A DNA stretch of 64,000 nucleotides from Leptonemataceae bacterium (GTDB taxonomy: Bacteria; Spirochaetota; Leptospiria; Leptospirales; Leptonemataceae). Location of the stretch: contig OZ245742.1 in the NCBI GenBank assembly GCA_965227295.1, positions 4,544,001-4,608,000 of the forward strand, in the 5' to 3' direction. Positions 58,459 to 64,000 of this stretch are shown in pieces (positions within the stretch are counted from its first letter, which is position 1; each line of letters opens with the position of its first letter). Position numbers and translations under genes: made by a program. Below the pieces are notes generated by a model. It had not been told where the DNA came from, ran no database searches, and worked only from the letters and a program-made list of their open reading frames with translations.

Positions 58459-60170
58459 CGCAGCGCCCCGGCCATCAACTCCGCGTATACCGGGGTCATC
58501 TCCAGCATGCCGTCGTACGAAAGATGGTGCGTATCCAGGAAACGATTCGCCGGCAACGCGCGATGCACGTCCGCGAAACGCACGCGCCCACCGGACGAGG
58601 CCGCCCATTCGCGCATGTACTCCTGGTAGCCGCGATACCAACCGTTATCGTCATAGGCCAGGAGGGCCAGCGGGTTCTCGGGGTTGTTTACCACTAACAC
58701 GCGCGTATCATCACTTAACCCTTCGACGAACTTGCGCAAATCCCGCACCTCGTAAATTTCCGAAAACCCGTGAAAGTTCGTCAGGTACTTCGCGAGACGA
58801 ATGCGATTCAGTTGCAGAAAGGCCAGGTGCTCCGGCGCTTCCCAGTCCGCCGGATGGATGCGCGCCTGGAAGTCCTCCGCGTAGCGGTCGGCGTTCATGA
58901 GGCTGAGGCGCCGGTCTTCCCACGCCGGCCGGCGGACGAAGTGCTGATCCACGGGCAGCGATGCGAGACCGAAGTTGCCGGGCAAACGCACCCCCCGCCC
59001 CGGTCGCCGGTCGTCGTTCGGCGCATCCACCCGCACGGCCTTGCCGCTGCGAATGTCCTCCACGTAGTTCAGGCGCGCAAAGATCACACGATCTTCTGTT
59101 AACGATTCGGGCAGGGGCACGCTGCGCCAGCCCGCGCGTTTCGGCGTGAACGTATACACCGGTTCTCCCGCGGGCGGCGCGCACTTCGGCAACTTCGCCG
59201 GGAACAGAGCGGCGCTCTTCAGTTCTACGTTGTCCCGATCGTGGACCCAGTCGGGCCGCCAGGCGTCCTCGAAGTCGGACAGATGCTCGTGCTGCGCCGC
59301 CGCCGTCGCAAAATCGCCGAGATCGTAGAAGTCGATGCGAAAGTCCCCGGCCGCAAAGAGTGGCTTCGTTACCTGTAGGTTCAGTTCCCCGGCGCGACGA
59401 ACGGCGCTCATGGGAAACGTGAAACAACCGATGGAATTGCCTTCGCGCCAGGTTCCCTCCGGAACGGGAATGCCCTGATAGTTCAGGTACCTGGTCAGCG
59501 GCGCAGCGCCCGCCCGCATTAAGTTGAAGTACACGGGATCCCACCATTCGTCGCGAAAGCGCAGGGCCGCGAACAGGCCGCGCCCGTTCAAACTCAGGAA
59601 ACGTTCGAAGTCCACGTACCTGGAACCGTAGTGATCCCGGGCATACGCGGCGGGATAGAACAACAACAGCGGATGCCGGTGCGCCATGAACCGCTCCGCC
59701 GAACGATCGATGTATCCGTCCTCGGCCCCGCTGAGTTCGTACGGGGCCGCATAACGTTCCAGGTCCAGGTCCGCCGGGCCGGTGAGATAGACGACGAGGT
59801 CCGGCCGCAACTCGCGAATGCGCGGGGCGTAGTAACGCAGATCCGTCGGCACCATGGCCGCGTGCATGAAGAACTCGACCCGCGCGTTCAGGCCGTGGCG
59901 TTCGCGCAGTTCACGCTCGAGCTGTCGCTGCTGCACCGAGTACCGGGAGATGCTCGAACCGACGACCAGGATGTACGGTCGCCCCTCGTTTTCAGAGCGC
60001 CGCGACTGTAACTGCCGGGCGTGATACTCGAAGGTATACCAGAAAAAGGACTCCCAGCCCCCGCGATGGGCCGGCGCGAAGATCAACGCGTCGTAGATCG
60101 CCCGGTCCACGGCGAAGACCGCCGCAACAATCAGGCATATCGTTCCCAGAAAACGAAGGACAGCAAACAT
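58455..60170 (-). CDS. Membrane-anchored hypothetical protein, possibly SGNH-like
   Basis: VGSS near the N-terminus and DTHH near the C-terminus; N-terminal TM helix. Confidence 0.6.
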   Translation of the reverse strand: MFAVLRFLGTICLIVAAVFAVDRAIYDALIFAPAHRGGWESFFWYTFEYHARQLQSRRSENEGRPYILVVGSSISRYSVQQRQLERELRERHGLNARVEFFMHAAMVPTDLRYYAPRIRELRPDLVVYLTGPADLDLERYAAPYELSGAEDGYIDRSAERFMAHRHPLLLFYPAAYARDHYGSRYVDFERFLSLNGRGLFAALRFRDEWWDPVYFNLMRAGAAPLTRYLNYQGIPVPEGTWREGNSIGCFTFPMSAVRRAGELNLQVTKPLFAAGDFRIDFYDLGDFATAAAQHEHLSDFEDAWRPDWVHDRDNVELKSAALFPAKLPKCAPPAGEPVYTFTPKRAGWRSVPLPESLTEDRVIFARLNYVEDIRSGKAVRVDAPNDDRRPGRGVRLPGNFGLASLPVDQHFVRRPAWEDRRLSLMNADRYAEDFQARIHPADWEAPEHLAFLQLNRIRLAKYLTNFHGFSEIYEVRDLRKFVEGLSDDTRVLVVNNPENPLALLAYDDNGWYRGYQEYMREWAASSGGRVRFADVHRALPANRFLDTHHLSYDGMLEMTPVYAELMAGALR

Positions 60171-60201
60171 ACGTAAAAATAAAGTTAACGATTCTGCGCA
60201 C

Positions 60202-61545
60202 TCAGCGAGCGCGCGAAACGAACAGGGCCCGACCGCGCAGGCGATAATCCAGCCACGCCGAGAGCAGGTCCGCCAGGGCCTCGACGCCGCCGTCCGTCCC
60301 GGCCTTCCCGCTTTCCCGGGCCCGGCGAAAACGTTCCGCGAGCTCCCGTCGCTCGGCAACCGTAAAACCGCCGGGGACGATCAACAAACCGTCGCCGGCA
60401 TGGAAGCGACCTTCCACAATCTTCACGGTGTCCTCGCCTTCCGGGGTACTGTCGGGGAGCAAATACAGCCGCCCGTTTTTTTCGCGAAAGAACGCCGGCT
60501 GCATCCCCGAGGCGATGCAGCGAAACGAACCGCGCATGCGCAGTTCCAAACTGAGGCTGGTGTACCCGCTCTCCGCGCCGGAGGGCGTACTGCGCAGCAA
60601 TTCCCGATGCTCGCGGATGCAGTCCGGGGCAAACTGGAGCCGATCAAAAAAAGCGAGGGCGTAGTCCGGCGAAAGCTTGCGCTTCGATGCGAGCATCGAA
60701 ATCTTTAGGAGATCCCCGTCCCGGCGCAGGCAGTAGCGCCGGTACATGCCGCCCCGGGTGGAACCGGCAATGCGATAGTGCAACACGCCGGCCTGGTGGA
60801 CCTCGGCTCTGGTCGCGCCGGCAGCATGCGCCGCGTTTGCCGCATTCGTGCTTCCGGGTGCTCCCAGTTGCCGACGGTCCGCGGGCGACGGCATGTGGGC
60901 CGGCCGCGCCTGGCCTGGATCTTCCTCGACCACGTGCGGCGCGCGGGCCCGAACAACCGAAGGGACGGCCGTGGCGGTTTCCGCGGGCAGCATCAATCGT
61001 TCCGCCTTCGACGGACGCGGACTCAACCAGCGTTCCAGCGGCGAACGCTCCGCCGCCCAGACGACGAAACACACCGGCTCGAACTGCGACTGCCGCATCT
61101 TCGCGAGGATTTCCTGCTCGGGGATGGTAAGCACGCGGGCATGGCCGGCGTCACGGCCGGATGTTGCGAGCCACTCGGCCAGGCGATCCTGTAAACTCTC
61201 GGCGGCGTACGGTGAACGGCGACCGGATACGATCAGGCCGGCGCGGAACGGGCTGCGATCATAGAGAAAAAAGTTCTGATCCCGGGGCCCGGCGTCGATG
61301 CCGCGCGCACGCAGGTAGCGCAAATACGCCGGCGGCAGATGCACGTCTTCGATGAAACGATACGAACGATCTTCGGGAAGATTTTCGAGAAAGGAGCGCA
61401 CGATGAGCGGCACGGGCGTATGCCGCAAAAGAAAACGAGTGAACCAGCCGGGACTCCGGACCTCGGGAAGTTCGCGGCTGCCGTCATCCCGGAGCGGCGC
61501 CAGGCTGTGCATGGGCAGCGCGGCGGGAGCTTCAACGACCGCCAT
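60202..61545 (-). CDS. Hypothetical protein
   Basis: 447-aa ORF overlapping the upstream gene in operon fashion. Confidence 0.6.
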   Translation of the reverse strand: MAVVEAPAALPMHSLAPLRDDGSRELPEVRSPGWFTRFLLRHTPVPLIVRSFLENLPEDRSYRFIEDVHLPPAYLRYLRARGIDAGPRDQNFFLYDRSPFRAGLIVSGRRSPYAAESLQDRLAEWLATSGRDAGHARVLTIPEQEILAKMRQSQFEPVCFVVWAAERSPLERWLSPRPSKAERLMLPAETATAVPSVVRARAPHVVEEDPGQARPAHMPSPADRRQLGAPGSTNAANAAHAAGATRAEVHQAGVLHYRIAGSTRGGMYRRYCLRRDGDLLKISMLASKRKLSPDYALAFFDRLQFAPDCIREHRELLRSTPSGAESGYTSLSLELRMRGSFRCIASGMQPAFFREKNGRLYLLPDSTPEGEDTVKIVEGRFHAGDGLLIVPGGFTVAERRELAERFRRARESGKAGTDGGVEALADLLSAWLDYRLRGRALFVSRAR

Positions 61546-61981
61546 AGTGCGCCTCCACGACTTCGAAGGCCCCCTGGATGCGCCGGCCGAGGGCGGTCAA
61601 AATCTTAAACGCCCAGCGCGGATGGCTCTGCAAAATCATGGCGAAGCTGCTTTCTTTCAGCGCGAGCAACTTCGTGGGCGCCGCCGCGATCAACGTGGCA
61701 CTGCGCGGCGCGTTTTCAATGAGGGCCATCTCGCCGAAGATCTCTCCCGGCCCCAGGGAGTTGAGAATCTTGTAGCTGCCGCGATCGACCTTCTCCGTAA
61801 CCACCACGCGACCGCTGATGATCAAATACACCTCGCGGCCGAACTCCCCTTCGCGGATGATGATCTGCTTTTGTTCGTAGGCCTGGCCGTACTTCGCGTA
61901 CAGTTCCGCGGTGATCGCCTGCTCGCCTTCGAAGCCGAGCTTGATCAAATCGAAGTCGTGGTGTTCGGCGAACTGTTGCAT
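61532..61981 (-). CDS. Cyclic nucleotide-binding domain protein
   Basis: GEIFGEMAL...PRSAT. Confidence 0.92.
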   Translation of the reverse strand: MQQFAEHHDFDLIKLGFEGEQAITAELYAKYGQAYEQKQIIIREGEFGREVYLIISGRVVVTEKVDRGSYKILNSLGPGEIFGEMALIENAPRSATLIAAAPTKLLALKESSFAMILQSHPRWAFKILTALGRRIQGAFEVVEAHYGGR

Positions 61982-62361
61982 CAGTCGAGCTTCTTAATCC
62001 CGGCGTTGATCTGTCGCAGCATGGCACTGAGATTGCGGATGGCCAGCAGGGCGAACTTCAAATTGCCCATCATGTTCTTTTCGAGTTCCTGGCGAGAGAA
62101 GCCCATGGCCTGGACCTCGGTCTTCGCCCGGGCCATCGTCAGCCGTTCGGTGCCGGTATAAACCTCCAGCATGCCGAAGAGATCGCCCTGGGTGTACTCG
62201 AACAGTTCCTTCTTCAGCGGCGTATAGCTGCGGCTGAGTTCCACTTCGCCGCTCAGAATCAGAAACACGCACGGCTCCGTGACGAGGTAGTCCGCCTTGT
62301 ATATGACGTCGTCCGGCTGAAAGCTGCACGGCGTCCCCTGTTCGGTAAGCTGGAAGGCCAT
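61981..62361 (-). CDS. Cyclic nucleotide-binding domain protein
   Basis: LILSGEVEL, GDLFG...RLTMA. Confidence 0.8.
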   Translation of the reverse strand: MAFQLTEQGTPCSFQPDDVIYKADYLVTEPCVFLILSGEVELSRSYTPLKKELFEYTQGDLFGMLEVYTGTERLTMARAKTEVQAMGFSRQELEKNMMGNLKFALLAIRNLSAMLRQINAGIKKLD

Positions 62362-62460
62362 ATGGGTGATGAGACGAATCGATCTACTATATAGAGTATC
62401 GGATTCGTATAAAACAATGCTTTACCGCACACAAGCCGTTTTCACACAGTCAGGAGCCGC

Positions 62461-63456
62461 ATGAAAGTCTCGTTCGACGAATGTTTCCAGACATTCCCGG
62501 CCATCCAGGCGCCCGAGGACCTCGATAAGTTCTGGCAAAAAGCCCTGCTGGCCCTGAAAAAAATCCCCCTCGACCCGAAGCAGCGCCTGGTGCTCTCGAA
62601 GTCCCTGGGCCGTGAGTCCCGCAGCGAGGTCTCGTTCCAGAGCTTCGGATCCCACCGGCTCCAGGGTCTGCTGTCGATCCCCCGTCGCCGGGGCAAGATC
62701 CCCATCGTCATTTCCTTTCACGATTACCACCAACCTCCGCTGGAGATGGACCGGGCCTTCACGGCCGAGGGCCTCGCGCACCTGGCAGTCCGCCTCCGGG
62801 GCCACGAGGTTGTGGCTCCGACGCCGCCTCCCGCGGGAACGCCAGGCGCACCCACGGACCGTCCCCCCGGCACCGAGTCCACGGCCGGGTTTCCGTCGTC
62901 TCTCTACGAGACCGGCCTGGATCCGGTAGAAACCTCTTACCCGTTCGCGTGTTATCTGGATGCCCTGCGTTGCGTGGACTTTCTCCGGCTACAGAAGGGA
63001 TTGGATTCCGGGCGCATCGGCCTGCTGGGCCGTGGTTTCGGCGCGGCCCAGGCGGTGTTTCTGGCCGCCCGGCTCAAGGACAGCGTACGGGCCGTGGCCC
63101 TGGAACGCCCTGGCTTTGTCTGGCTGCCGGGTTGGCTCGAAGACGCCGGGGGCGACCTCGGGGAAGAAGCGCGGGCCGTGCTCGGGAACGGCAGCGCCCG
63201 GGCCAAAGGCCGCGCGAAGAAGGCCCTCGCCTACGTCGATCCTCTCAACTGGGCCGAGGGAATCGAAAGCCCGGTGCTCACCGCTGTCTGTCTGGAAGAT
63301 GAGATCAACCCACCGCGTCCCGGTTTCGGTTTTTTCAATCGGCTGCAAACCGAAAAGGCCATGGAACTCTATCCCGACGAAAACGCCGACCCGGGCGGTC
63401 GCGAACAACAGAAGAAGTCACTGAAGTTTCTGGCCGAATTTCTCCAGAAACGCTGA
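62461..63456 (+). CDS. Acetylxylan esterase (AXE1/CE7)-like alpha/beta hydrolase, possibly inactive
   Basis: PEDLDKFWQ, YLDALRCVDFL, AYVDPLN, LEDEINPP; nucleophile elbow reads GRGFG. Confidence 0.8.
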   Translation: MKVSFDECFQTFPAIQAPEDLDKFWQKALLALKKIPLDPKQRLVLSKSLGRESRSEVSFQSFGSHRLQGLLSIPRRRGKIPIVISFHDYHQPPLEMDRAFTAEGLAHLAVRLRGHEVVAPTPPPAGTPGAPTDRPPGTESTAGFPSSLYETGLDPVETSYPFACYLDALRCVDFLRLQKGLDSGRIGLLGRGFGAAQAVFLAARLKDSVRAVALERPGFVWLPGWLEDAGGDLGEEARAVLGNGSARAKGRAKKALAYVDPLNWAEGIESPVLTAVCLEDEINPPRPGFGFFNRLQTEKAMELYPDENADPGGREQQKKSLKFLAEFLQKR

Positions 63457-63546
63457 TTCACGGCATTTTTTGCAGAATATCGCTTTACGCCCGCGGTGCC
63501 TCCCCCGATCTGTCCCTGATTAACGGAAAAGTATCGCACAGCAATC

Positions 63547-63885
63547 ATGAGTGAAGAAAACAAAACCAGCACCCAGCAATCATCCGGTCAGGGCGGAGAT
63601 CGCGAAAACCGCGGCGGCGACAACCGCGATAACCGTGACAATCGCGACAACCGTGGTGGGGATCGTCGCGGCGGCAAACGCCCGCGCTATCGCAAGAAGG
63701 TCCTCGATACCCGCAACCTGAAGATCGACTACAAACATCCTGAGGTGCTGGAACGCTTCATCTCGAAGACCGGCAAGATCCTGCCGCGCCGCATGACCGG
63801 CGCCACGGCTCGTGTGCAGCGCAAGATCGCCCGGGAAATCAAACGCGCCCGGCAGATCGGCCTCCTCCCCTTCACCCGACGCTGA
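63547..63885 (+). CDS. rpsR: 30S ribosomal protein S18 with a low-complexity RDN-repeat N-terminal extension
   Basis: IDYK...[18 protein letters not shown]...[12 protein letters not shown]. Confidence 0.95.
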   Translation: MSEENKTSTQQSSGQGGDRENRGGDNRDNRDNRDNRGGDRRGGKRPRYRKKVLDTRNLKIDYKHPEVLERFISKTGKILPRRMTGATARVQRKIAREIKRARQIGLLPFTRR

Positions 63886-64000
63886 TTCGCCTCCGGCGCA
63901 CAGCGTTCTCACTGGACGAAGTCCTCCTCCTCAGGAAAAAGGCTGTCGCTGGAGTCCCCTCGTCCTAATATGTAACGAGCAGGCCGCACCCCTACAACAA

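Noticed and set aside
63890..64000. Possible structured leader RNA after rpsR
   Set aside because: Truncated by the window edge; no recognisable family.

Overview
GC-rich bacterial chromosomal window; the gene content (DUF1554/Len-like surface protein, membrane SpoIIE-TPR phosphatase, FecR-like proteins) suggests a Leptospirales spirochaete (inference). Bases 1-17.8 kb are an accessory island. It holds the 3' part of an SMC/ABC-type ATPase (Lamassu LmuB-like), a serine-recombinase C-terminal fragment, and two inverted copies of a tRNA gene array, each flanked by inverted-repeat arms. Copy A has 27 tRNA-like genes covering all 20 amino acids. The island also has a ~78-copy 13-bp tandem repeat, an intact group II intron with its empty site visible, an ISL3 remnant and an IS5-family element. 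The main discovery is that the array is split into four blocks, each preceded by a short leader ORF, an antiterminator-capable segment and an intrinsic terminator. The leader codons match the amino acids of the tRNAs downstream (Leu/Ser/Tyr; Pro/Gln/Asn/Trp; Cys/Glu; Thr/Val/Ala/Arg/Phe/Ile/Gly/Met/Asp/His/Lys). This looks like ribosome-mediated attenuation that switches on backup tRNA genes when the matching tRNAs become limiting. Copy B keeps the attenuators but carries 11 short palindromic insertions, five of them a 51-nt covarying element inserted exactly at GGTT^CGA in the T-loop. Bases 17.8-64 kb are mostly ordinary core genes (acyl-CoA carboxylase, ndh, rpsD, cysK, argH, ppk2, pcnB, rpsR and others). 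All coordinates were read by hand and may be off by a few nt; protein family calls come from motif recognition, not database searches.
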